Notes under the pieces: generated by a model
Databases searched by the model: none
What the model saw: the letters and a program-made list of their open reading frames with translations, nothing else
Told to the model about the DNA's origin: nothing
Virus record (IMG/VR): IMGVR_UViG_3300024308_000030
Coordinates: 1 to 60,596 of that record
DNA length: 60,596 nt
Source of the DNA: a virus
Lineage: Duplodnaviria; Caudoviricetes
Reading direction: 5' to 3' (one strand)
Position numbers and translations under genes: made by a program
In this document: positions 20,656 through 29,364 of the stretch, piece after piece
Numbering within the stretch: position 1 is the first letter of the stretch
Layout of the letters: every line of letters starts with the position of its first letter

Positions 20656-21832
20656 GCAGTTCACCGACTTCAGCGGTGGCATGAACAACATCGCCCAGGT
20701 CAACAACCTGCCGGCCAACGCCGTCCGCGAGATCTCCAACATGGACCCGGTCGAGGGCGGCGCCCTGCAGCTGCGCGCTGGGGCGCAGCGCATCCTGCAG
20801 CTGGACAACCTGCGTGGCGGGGTAGAGGTGAACGGCGACTTGATCGTCGTCGGCGACAGGTTGCAGCGCTTCATCCCCTACGCCGGTACGGTGGTGGACC
20901 TGGGGGCGGCACCGGACGGCGAGGTGGCCGGGGCTTCGATGAACGGGGACGCGTTCCTGAACATCGGCGCGACTATGCTGCGCGTCCGCGAGACCACGGT
21001 CGGTCCTTGGTGCCTGCCGGAAATCAACCTGATGGTGGGCGTCGGTGCCGGAGCCCTGCCGGGGGGCGTGTACCGGCTGGCTGTGACAGCGGTGGATCAG
21101 TTCGCAGCGGAAACCGGCTGCGACCCGATGATCGTCCAGGTGGCCGACGGTTCCTCGATAACCGTCTCCTGGGTTGCGCCGCCCGGCGCCGTGAGCTGCA
21201 AAGTATACGCCAGCGCCACCAACGGCGAGACCCTCTACTTCCAGACCACCGCCACTGGCGAGTTCACGTTGAGTACTCCGGCGCAGGACCAGACGGCGCG
21301 GCTGACCACCATGAACCTCCAGGCCCCGCCGAACGCCAACTTGATCGCCTCGCACAAGGGGCGCCTGCTGCTGGCGGCCGGCAACGTGCTGTGGGCTACC
21401 GAGCCGTTCGCCGTCCACCTGGTCAACTTCGCCACCGGCTATCTGGCCTACGAGTCCCCGATCACTGTCGTGATCGGTGTGGAGGGCGGCGTTTACGTGG
21501 CGACCGAGACGCGTACCTGGTTCGTCGCTGACTTCGGAACTACCAAGGTCCAGCAGGCCGTCGTGCTCGAAGTCGGTGCGGTGCCCGGCAGCGGTGTTCT
21601 TCTGCCGGACGGCAGAGCCACCTGGATCACTCGCTACGGCCAAGCGTTCGGCAGCCCCACCGGGGCTCTTGAACTACCGCAGCGCAACAGCTACGCTCCC
21701 GTTATTGCTAGCCATGCAAGCGCGGGTGTGGTAGATCACAACGGCGTGCAGATGGTGGTAACGAACCTCAAGGGCGCCACAAACACCAACTCCCTCGGCG
21801 TCGAGGACTTCTTCGACATGGAGATCGAATAA
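20642..21832 (+). CDS. tail tube/nozzle-like virion protein
   Basis: 'FSGGMNN' N-terminus typical of podovirus nozzle/head-closure proteins; beta-rich. Confidence 0.65.
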   Translation: MQEGKQFTDFSGGMNNIAQVNNLPANAVREISNMDPVEGGALQLRAGAQRILQLDNLRGGVEVNGDLIVVGDRLQRFIPYAGTVVDLGAAPDGEVAGASMNGDAFLNIGATMLRVRETTVGPWCLPEINLMVGVGAGALPGGVYRLAVTAVDQFAAETGCDPMIVQVADGSSITVSWVAPPGAVSCKVYASATNGETLYFQTTATGEFTLSTPAQDQTARLTTMNLQAPPNANLIASHKGRLLLAAGNVLWATEPFAVHLVNFATGYLAYESPITVVIGVEGGVYVATETRTWFVADFGTTKVQQAVVLEVGAVPGSGVLLPDGRATWITRYGQAFGSPTGALELPQRNSYAPVIASHASAGVVDHNGVQMVVTNLKGATNTNSLGVEDFFDMEIE

Positions 21833-22323
21833 TGCTGGCGTACATCTACGAGTTCGAGCTGCTTAAGGGGGACCGGGTCGTAGACCGCTGGGTTGAGCGT
21901 AACCTGATCCCGAGTACCGGTGTCAACTACCTGGCCCAGGCCATGTTCGGCGACACGTCCCCCATCGGCACCTACTACATCGGCCTGTTCCAGAACAACT
22001 ACGTCCCTGTCAACGGGGCCACTTCGGCCGACATCCCCGGCACCATTCAGGAATTCACCGGCTACTCGCAAGCCACTCGCCCACTGTGGAGCCGCGTGTA
22101 CGACGGCGCCGGAGCCTGGGACAACGTGGCCGCCCGGGCCGAATTCTCCGTTACCGCCGATCAGCGGATCTACGGCGGCTTCCTGGTGTCGAGCTCGGCG
22201 AAGAACTCGAGCACCGGCCTCCTGCTCTCGGTGGCGCGGTTCGCCTCGCCGAAAGACATCACCGCGGGGCTCACCCTCCGCGTCCGCGCCGGCATCACGC
22301 TGGTCCCGACTACCCTGGTCTGA
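21832..22323 (+). CDS. virion structural protein
   Basis: 'NLIPSTGVNYL', 'YIGLF', 'IYGGFLVS' tail-associated motifs. Confidence 0.65.
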   Translation: MLAYIYEFELLKGDRVVDRWVERNLIPSTGVNYLAQAMFGDTSPIGTYYIGLFQNNYVPVNGATSADIPGTIQEFTGYSQATRPLWSRVYDGAGAWDNVAARAEFSVTADQRIYGGFLVSSSAKNSSTGLLLSVARFASPKDITAGLTLRVRAGITLVPTTLV

Positions 22324-22331
22324 GGTGAACC

Positions 22332-22724
22332 ATGACGACCACCACCTATCTCAGCGACCAGATCATCGAGACCTACTTCGCTACCCCGACCGGTCTGTAC
22401 ATCGCGCTGCACACTGGCGACCCGGGCACCGCCGGCACCGCCAATGAGCTTGTCATCGGCACCGACGCGAACTACGTGCGCAAGGCCGTGGATTTCGTGA
22501 AGAGCGCTGACGGCCTGATCTACGTGGCCAAGAACAACGCCGACGTGGTGTTCAACGCAGCGGCCAGCGGGGCTTCCTACACCGTCACCCATATCACCGT
22601 GAAGAGCGCTTCCACCGGCGGCAACACCCTGGCCGTGCTGGCTCTTGTCAGTCCGCTACCTACCGTGGCCGGTACGGTTAACTCCTTCGCAACCAACGAC
22701 ATCGTCATCCGAGGTGAATCGTAA
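22332..22724 (+). CDS. virion structural protein (tail-associated)
   Basis: 'LYIALHTGDPGTAGTANE...YVRKAV' phage tail protein motif. Confidence 0.65.
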   Translation: MTTTTYLSDQIIETYFATPTGLYIALHTGDPGTAGTANELVIGTDANYVRKAVDFVKSADGLIYVAKNNADVVFNAAASGASYTVTHITVKSASTGGNTLAVLALVSPLPTVAGTVNSFATNDIVIRGES

Positions 22725-23164
22725 TGGCGCTCAAGTTCAGCACTGCGCTGCGTAACGGCCTGCTTGCCACCGGCGCCCTTCGGACGCTACTCAACGGCGG
22801 CGAGATTCGTATCTGGTCCGGCCCGGTCCCGGCGACCTCGAACGACGCGGTCTCGGTGTCCAACACCCTGCTCGTGACTATCAAGGCGGAAGGCGCTGGT
22901 CTTACCTTCGAGGCCACTGCCAACGACGGCACGATCACCAAGAACCTGGCCGAGATCTGGACCGGGGTGTGCGGTGCCAGCGGCACTGCCACTTTCTACC
23001 GCCACGTGCTTTCCGCCGACGCCAACGACGCAAGCACTTCGGCGGTGCGTATCCAGGGCGAGGTGGCGTTGTCGGGTAAAGACCTCAGCCTCAGCAGCAC
23101 CACGCTCACCGCCGGCGCCGTCCAGAAGATCGACTTCTACTCCATCAGCATGCTGGAGCAGTAA
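22724..23164 (+). CDS. virion structural protein
   Basis: 'FSTALRN.LL...IRIWSG..P', 'SGTATFYR' conserved phage motif. Confidence 0.65.
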   Translation: MALKFSTALRNGLLATGALRTLLNGGEIRIWSGPVPATSNDAVSVSNTLLVTIKAEGAGLTFEATANDGTITKNLAEIWTGVCGASGTATFYRHVLSADANDASTSAVRIQGEVALSGKDLSLSSTTLTAGAVQKIDFYSISMLEQ

Positions 23165-23176
23165 GGGAGCAACCGC

Positions 23177-25105
23177 ATGGCCAACCGGCTGCTGAAGAAG
23201 CCAGCGCTGAAATACACGCCGGCGCAGCCGGGGCAGGCCGGTTCGCCTGCTCGCTGCTGGTGGGAGACGCGCACGGTCCAGACCTTGGACGAGGCGCTGA
23301 ACCAGATCATCTACTACGGCCGGCTCTCCGGCCTGACTCCGCAGAAGGCGCTCGAGGTCTTCGGTGGCATCTACGCTGACTTCCTCGGCGGTCCGTCCTA
23401 CACGTACCAGGTCCAGGTGTGCACGCCTGCAGTGGCGCCGATACCGTCCGTGCCGGCGGTGATCACCTACGACAACCTGCGCGGGTGGAACGCCGGCGGC
23501 CGGTCGATCAACTACCTTAGTGGCAACGGCTACGTCGAGTTCGAAATCTCCCCCCTGGCCACCGGCGCCGTCGTCGGCCTGGCGGGTATCACCGACAGCA
23601 CGCTGCCCAACAACTGCACGCACGCGTTCTACGTCCACTCAGGCGTCACGGAGCTGCTGGAGAACGGCGCCTCGGTGCAGACCATCACCGTCGACCTCAG
23701 CACCCGGCCGCGCCTACGTGTGTCGCGCAGTAGCGGGGTTGTTACTTTCCTAGTCGACGGCGTGGTGGTTCGTACCAGCTCGCTGCCCAGCACCGGACGC
23801 GCGTGGCTCGACGCCGCCCTCTACACCTCCGACGACTACGTCGACAACCCCGTGATCTCCAACCTGCTGGCCGGACGCGCCGTGGGCACGGTGGGCATCA
23901 CCTCCTACATCGACCCCAGGGCTCGCGCCGCCGGCAACGTGGGCATCGGCGGCTTCGCAGTCGGCCGCACTGACGGCCAGGTCCGCACCGCGGCGTCCGG
24001 CAACGTGGGCATCGGCGGGACCGCGCTGGGCTCTGGTCGACACTACGGCGTCGGGACCACCTCGGTCGGCGTGAGCGGCAGCGCTTCGCCTGCTGTGAAC
24101 GGCGTGCAGGGCGTGGCACCGCGGTTCGCCACCCTGGCAGCAGACTACCCGGTAGCCTACGGCAGCGGCTCGTGGGCGGGCTGGGCAGGCCAGGCTGAGG
24201 GCGGCTTCCCCGACGTCCTGAGCGCCGGGGGCGACGGCTACGTTCCGCCGGTGATGCTGGCGTCGAACGTGTTGGTGGGCGCAGTAGGCGGCAGTGACGG
24301 CTTCGCGCCGGGCGTCGCCGGCAAAGGCGCTGACCACCCGTACGGCGAAAGCGCCGGGGTGTGGGGCGGCTACCTGATCGGTCGTGGATACTCGCCGCCG
24401 TTCGCCGACGGCATCATCGACTGGATCGAGCCGGTGTTCATGGTCGACTCCTGGCAGCCCTACGTGGAAGTGGCCGCCGAGTTCTTCTCGTCGATCGACG
24501 TGGGCGATGCGCTGGACGTGGAAGTCGTGCTGCAGGACGGCCTCGACTGGTTCGAAGCGCTACTCGCCTCTGGCACCATGGACTACGTCGGCGACGAGAA
24601 CGCCGAGTTCTTCAGCAGCCTGTACGTCACCAGCCAGAGCAACTACGACAACTTGGCCGGCATGCAGTACGCCACCAACACTCGCACCGCAGCGATCACC
24701 GGCTACAAGGACTTCGACTTCCTGAAGATCATCCAGACCGACGCGGGCACCTACGGGCTGCGCGCCGATGGCGTCTACCGTATCGCCAGCACCAGCGACG
24801 ACCCGATCCAGGCGTACGTGGACTTCGGCGCCAAGCTCTTCGACACCACCAATCCGAAGCACCTGGACGCCATCTACTTCGGGCTGCGCACCGACGGCAC
24901 GGTCCTTGCTGTGGTGCAGGACGTCGACGGCGTCGAGAAGACTTACCGGGTGGTGGCGCGTCAGGACTTCATGCGCACCCTGACCTCTCGTGGCAAGACC
25001 TCCAAGCAGTGGCGCCTGCGCATGGAACTGACCGACGCCACCAAGGCTGACCTCGACAACGTGGAGTTCGTGATCAGCACCGCCTCTCGCCGCTGGACGC
25101 GATGA
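23177..25105 (+). CDS. tail structural protein
   Basis: 642 aa, Gly-rich internal repeats ('GNVGIGG'); late cluster. Confidence 0.6.
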   Translation: MANRLLKKPALKYTPAQPGQAGSPARCWWETRTVQTLDEALNQIIYYGRLSGLTPQKALEVFGGIYADFLGGPSYTYQVQVCTPAVAPIPSVPAVITYDNLRGWNAGGRSINYLSGNGYVEFEISPLATGAVVGLAGITDSTLPNNCTHAFYVHSGVTELLENGASVQTITVDLSTRPRLRVSRSSGVVTFLVDGVVVRTSSLPSTGRAWLDAALYTSDDYVDNPVISNLLAGRAVGTVGITSYIDPRARAAGNVGIGGFAVGRTDGQVRTAASGNVGIGGTALGSGRHYGVGTTSVGVSGSASPAVNGVQGVAPRFATLAADYPVAYGSGSWAGWAGQAEGGFPDVLSAGGDGYVPPVMLASNVLVGAVGGSDGFAPGVAGKGADHPYGESAGVWGGYLIGRGYSPPFADGIIDWIEPVFMVDSWQPYVEVAAEFFSSIDVGDALDVEVVLQDGLDWFEALLASGTMDYVGDENAEFFSSLYVTSQSNYDNLAGMQYATNTRTAAITGYKDFDFLKIIQTDAGTYGLRADGVYRIASTSDDPIQAYVDFGAKLFDTTNPKHLDAIYFGLRTDGTVLAVVQDVDGVEKTYRVVARQDFMRTLTSRGKTSKQWRLRMELTDATKADLDNVEFVISTASRRWTR

Positions 25106-27129
25106 ACAGGGTAGTAGGTCGGTCGCTGACGATGTCCGGGGCGTACCTCGTGGACCGCGCCAAGAAGCTGGCGCGGTCGTTGCTCCGGTTCAAGCAGAAC
25201 TCGCGGACGGAGATCGTCGACGGGTTCATGATCAGGGCTACCGTCGACACCACGCGTTTCGGCCAGACCGCCACCGGCGTAGTGATCGACCCGCCAGGGG
25301 TCGTGCTCGTTCTTGAGGCATCGCTGGACACGCGGGGCGAGCTGGTCAGCGTGGGCGGCCGCGACTTCTTCGACAGCCGCACCGGCCTCACCAACGGCCC
25401 GTTCCTCTATGCACAGCGCAACCCACAGCCGGCGATACCCAAGTTCCTCGCCCTGGTCTTTGACCCGCTCGACCCGTTCGGCCAGTGGCAGCTGTCCAGT
25501 CTCTGGCGAACGCAGCGCATCAGCGTAAACACCGCGGTACGTACCAACTTCCTGCGGATCACCCCCAGCTCGGAGGGCTGGCCGTTCGACGTCTATGACC
25601 AGGTGCCGACGGACGTCAACGCCTTCGTGGCCACCTACCAGTTCGACGGCGCCAGCGCAGCCTCGACCACCCAGGTGCAGCGCACGGTCGGGTACGCTCT
25701 CAACGAGGGCTACATCGACGCGGCGGCGCCAGGCTACAGGTTGTTCTGCAGGACGTCACTGGGCTACATGGCTCAGGAATACCAGGCGATGCCCTGCGCC
25801 AGCGACCGCATCGGCAACGTGACGTTGATGGCGGTGCCCGTGGTCAACCTGGCCAGCACCAGCTCTGCTGTCGAGTGGGGCACGCCAGGTGTGCTGTTCC
25901 TGCTGCTCAACGGTTACGACGCCAACCAGGGGACGATCCCCAGCGAGTTGGTCTGGTCTCGCTTGTGGACGCCGGCAGAACACAGCGTCGACTTCTACCA
26001 CCCCGGGCCCTGGCTGGCCGAGCCGCACCAACCGTTCTCGTCGCCGGAGACAGCACCGCAGGAGAATTGGGACGCGTTCTGGAGCGCTTGGCACGCGGGC
26101 GGGGAAGTGCAGCCGGCCGGCGGCTCTCGCCCGAACTGGACCGACGCCATCAGCTGCTGCGCGCACAACGGCGAGTTCCACGTGAACCTACGCCAGGTGG
26201 CCTACAACGGCGTCTTCGCTGACGAGGGCAGTCCGCTCTACCAGATGGCCGGCGGCGAGGCCAGGATCAAGTTCGTCATCAGCCCGACCGGCGACTTCGC
26301 CATGCAGGAGCTGGGCGACGAGGTGTGGTCCGCGCCCAACAGCGGCGCCGGTGGCACGGTGCACACGCCCTACGAGCGCTGGGTAGAAGGTCGGCTTGAC
26401 GAAGCCGTCGTTACGCTCGCTGTCCCCCTGGCCACGATGCAGGTGGGCGGCCACCTGGTCGAGGTGCGCATGCAGATGGAAGGGACGCGCGACGAGCAGT
26501 TCGTCTTCGGCTACGCGCGCGGGCAGATGCCGGCGACCATGGGCAGTCAGCGCTTGGTGGTGGACGTCACCCCGACCGACGCGCCAGCGTTCAGCCTAGA
26601 TGTCGTGTTCGACACGCTCGGCGCCGGCCTGCAGATGTTCACCTTCCTGCGTACTGGCGACTTCGTCATGGGACCGGCGACCAGTAGCTACAAGATGTGG
26701 CCGTGCCAGCCGATGTTCGTCGAGGTCAGCGACACCGAGCTGGGGTTCATCGCCTACACGGACTGGCAGGACTTCAACACCGAAGGTACGCGCAGCGTGC
26801 GGTTCTGCGTGCTGGACCTGGAGAGCGGCGCCTATGCGGTGCGCAGCACGCTGCCATTCATCCACGAGCTCACGGTGGGCCACGAGTACCAGGTGCACGT
26901 GTCTTGCATGCAGAAGACGGTGCGCACCGCCGACAGCGACCTGGTCGTCGATGGTGTACTATTCCTGTCGTACCGTGGCGCAGACCCCGTGTTCATCAGC
27001 AGAGACAGCGGCGCCACCTGGCAGGAATATTTCGACAGCGAGCGCGCCGCGGCCGGCGCCTACTACCTGGGCAATCCCCTTCAACTCGGCAGGCTGCCTG
27101 GCGCGGCCGTTCTCAGCGAGGCACCGTAG
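25102..27129 (+). CDS. putative tail/receptor-interacting protein
   Basis: 675 aa beta-rich, 'SRDSGATW' Asp-box-like motif; coupled to upstream gene. Confidence 0.55.
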   Translation: MNRVVGRSLTMSGAYLVDRAKKLARSLLRFKQNSRTEIVDGFMIRATVDTTRFGQTATGVVIDPPGVVLVLEASLDTRGELVSVGGRDFFDSRTGLTNGPFLYAQRNPQPAIPKFLALVFDPLDPFGQWQLSSLWRTQRISVNTAVRTNFLRITPSSEGWPFDVYDQVPTDVNAFVATYQFDGASAASTTQVQRTVGYALNEGYIDAAAPGYRLFCRTSLGYMAQEYQAMPCASDRIGNVTLMAVPVVNLASTSSAVEWGTPGVLFLLLNGYDANQGTIPSELVWSRLWTPAEHSVDFYHPGPWLAEPHQPFSSPETAPQENWDAFWSAWHAGGEVQPAGGSRPNWTDAISCCAHNGEFHVNLRQVAYNGVFADEGSPLYQMAGGEARIKFVISPTGDFAMQELGDEVWSAPNSGAGGTVHTPYERWVEGRLDEAVVTLAVPLATMQVGGHLVEVRMQMEGTRDEQFVFGYARGQMPATMGSQRLVVDVTPTDAPAFSLDVVFDTLGAGLQMFTFLRTGDFVMGPATSSYKMWPCQPMFVEVSDTELGFIAYTDWQDFNTEGTRSVRFCVLDLESGAYAVRSTLPFIHELTVGHEYQVHVSCMQKTVRTADSDLVVDGVLFLSYRGADPVFISRDSGATWQEYFDSERAAAGAYYLGNPLQLGRLPGAAVLSEAP

Positions 27130-27131
27130 CC

Positions 27132-28073
27132 ATGGCCACGATCGACGACATCATCTCCGAGCAGCAGGCCACCGTGGAAGACACGCTGCGCACGGCCCGC
27201 GAAGTCACCAGCCGCATCGGCAACAGCGTGGTGCCGGCGCTGCGCGACCCGACCCTGGCCTATACGGTGAACCAGCCCGTGCTGGCGCCGCCTCCGCAGT
27301 TCAGCGATCTGTTCCCGGGCACCGACACGTCCAACGAGCAGATCCAGTGGCTGGACAGCGAGGTCGACAAGCTGATCGAGAAGTACTTCCCCGAGCTGAC
27401 CGCCTGCTTGCGGGACAAGCCCGAAGAGTGGCTGTGCAAGATCATCTCCGGTAGCGACCCGTTCGGTGACAGCCAGGCCGTCATCGACGCCATGTGGCAC
27501 GAGGCGCGCGACCGCGCGTACCGCGCGTCGAACTCCGAGGTCATGACCTTGCACGCCGACTACTCGCAGCGTGGGTTCACCATTCCGCCGGGTGCCCTGA
27601 TCCAGCAGCGGGTCGAAGCCGAGCAGCGCGCCAGCCAGGCCATCGCCGACGTCAACCGCGCGCAGACCATCCGCGTGTTGGAGCTGAAGGTGGAGCTGCT
27701 CAAGTTCGCCGAAGAGCAGGCCATCCGCCTGAAGCTGGGCCTTATGGACGCCATTCGCGCCTTCTACGTGGTCTGGGCCAGCCTGCCGGACAAGGACATC
27801 GAACGTGCCAGAATCCGTTCCCAGGCGCTGGGCAACTTCTACGGCGCGCTGAGCAGCTACTACAACGTGCAGCTCGGCTTCGAGGGCCTGCGCCTGCGGG
27901 CCGCCGAGGGCGGCGCCGACGTGTCGCTGGGCGTGGACCGCAACCGCATCGCAGCGTTCAGCCAGAACCAGGCGGCACCTGCCCTGGCCCAGGCCGTGCG
28001 CGGGTTCACCGACGTGGCATCGTCCGCGTCGAACGCCATCTCCTCCCTCGTCGCCGAAATCACTGCGGGGTAA
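27132..28073 (+). CDS. virion protein (helical)
   Basis: ATG at 27132 (MATIDDII); 'SQRGFTIPPGAL' conserved phage motif. Confidence 0.65.
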   Translation: MATIDDIISEQQATVEDTLRTAREVTSRIGNSVVPALRDPTLAYTVNQPVLAPPPQFSDLFPGTDTSNEQIQWLDSEVDKLIEKYFPELTACLRDKPEEWLCKIISGSDPFGDSQAVIDAMWHEARDRAYRASNSEVMTLHADYSQRGFTIPPGALIQQRVEAEQRASQAIADVNRAQTIRVLELKVELLKFAEEQAIRLKLGLMDAIRAFYVVWASLPDKDIERARIRSQALGNFYGALSSYYNVQLGFEGLRLRAAEGGADVSLGVDRNRIAAFSQNQAAPALAQAVRGFTDVASSASNAISSLVAEITAG

Positions 28074-28079
28074 TCGCCC

Positions 28080-29093
28080 ATGGTCTTCCCCCAGTTCGTC
28101 CTCTATGGTCGCGGCACCAGCGTTGACAGCGACGTCCTGCTGTACCGCTCGACCGGCGCCAGCCTGGTCACGGTGCGCTACGCGGCGACGCACATGTCGC
28201 CGTTGCTGGGCCTGCACGGCACGCTCGACTGGTACGTGGGCGGCGACCAGATCACCACCGACCTGACGGCCACGGCGATGCTGGAGGTCGACACGGTCCC
28301 GCCTGACCAGGGTGACCTGAACACGTTCGGCCTGCCCGGCGACAACGGCGCCGTGTTGATCCTCCCGCTGGAGGACGGCACGTTCTTCATCGCCGCCGGG
28401 ATCTTCGTCTACCGCAGCACGCCGGACGCCACCAGCTACGACACACGGCTGCAGCTGAACAACGTCTCCGCCGGCGGCGCTCACTACCCGGTGGCCATCT
28501 CGCTCCAGGGCACCACGGTACGTGTGCTCTACGCCACGCGGGGTAACTCCACCCAGCACGCGTTCCTGCTTACCCATGACCTCGGCGATCCGCTCACTGG
28601 GACGTTGGACGCCACCACGCTGCCCCAGTACACCGGGTCCGTGACCTGGCCCATCAGTCTGGGCGAGAAGTACAACTGGTTCACCGGCCTGATCCCCAAC
28701 GTGATGGGCGCGTTCGACTACTGCATCTACCGCAACGCGGACCGCAGCGGCGACGGCACCAACTACCTGGGCGTTGGCGTGGCCACCAGTGCGCCGTTCT
28801 CCGAGGGCGGCGCCATGAAGATGTTGTCGTTCGAGGTGGTGCGCGGTAGCGGCAGCACGGCCAACTTCGAGAGCGTCACCGCCGGCGGGACCATGACGGG
28901 CAGCGCGCTCACCGCCCAGAGCTACCTGGCCGTGACCATCGCCACGTCGGCGGATGTCATCGCAGCCGCGCCGGGCATTGACCCGGGCGACTACTTCTTC
29001 GACGAGCTGATCGGTTCGCTGCTGCTGTCGTTCGAGACGCCGACGGTGCCGTTGTTCTGGACTAACCTTCGCGCTGCAGTTGAAGTTGCTTGA
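28080..29093 (+). CDS. virion/tail-associated protein
   Basis: 337 aa ending 'LFWTNLRAAVEV'; last gene of the + arm. Confidence 0.6.
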   Translation: MVFPQFVLYGRGTSVDSDVLLYRSTGASLVTVRYAATHMSPLLGLHGTLDWYVGGDQITTDLTATAMLEVDTVPPDQGDLNTFGLPGDNGAVLILPLEDGTFFIAAGIFVYRSTPDATSYDTRLQLNNVSAGGAHYPVAISLQGTTVRVLYATRGNSTQHAFLLTHDLGDPLTGTLDATTLPQYTGSVTWPISLGEKYNWFTGLIPNVMGAFDYCIYRNADRSGDGTNYLGVGVATSAPFSEGGAMKMLSFEVVRGSGSTANFESVTAGGTMTGSALTAQSYLAVTIATSADVIAAAPGIDPGDYFFDELIGSLLLSFETPTVPLFWTNLRAAVEVA

Positions 29094-29364
29094 TCCGGTG
29101 GCGCACCGAGTCCATTGAGAACGCAGTGATCACCACGTCGTCATCGGCTACCACGAAGACGACGCCGCTTGGCGAGATCATGTAGGACCGCCGGTCGCAC
29201 CCAGGCATCTTGCCTTTGATGCGCCGGCGCGGCGCGTAGTTGCTCTCGTTCAGCAGTCGCAGCAGGCGCTTGCTTGGCCGGAATGCCTGGGCGAACTCCC
29301 GGTAGGGGCTGCGGTCCGGGAACCGCTCGGCCCACCGGACCCACGCGTGGGCGCTCATCTTCAT
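29062..29364 (-). CDS. small basic protein with 'SxHAxxRxxER' motif (DUF4258/RelE-like fold?)
   Basis: ATG overlaps primase stop; MKMSAHAWVRWAERF...VVFVVADDDVVITAF. Confidence 0.6.
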   Translation of the reverse strand: MKMSAHAWVRWAERFPDRSPYREFAQAFRPSKRLLRLLNESNYAPRRRIKGKMPGCDRRSYMISPSGVVFVVADDDVVITAFSMDSVRHRIKQLQLQREG

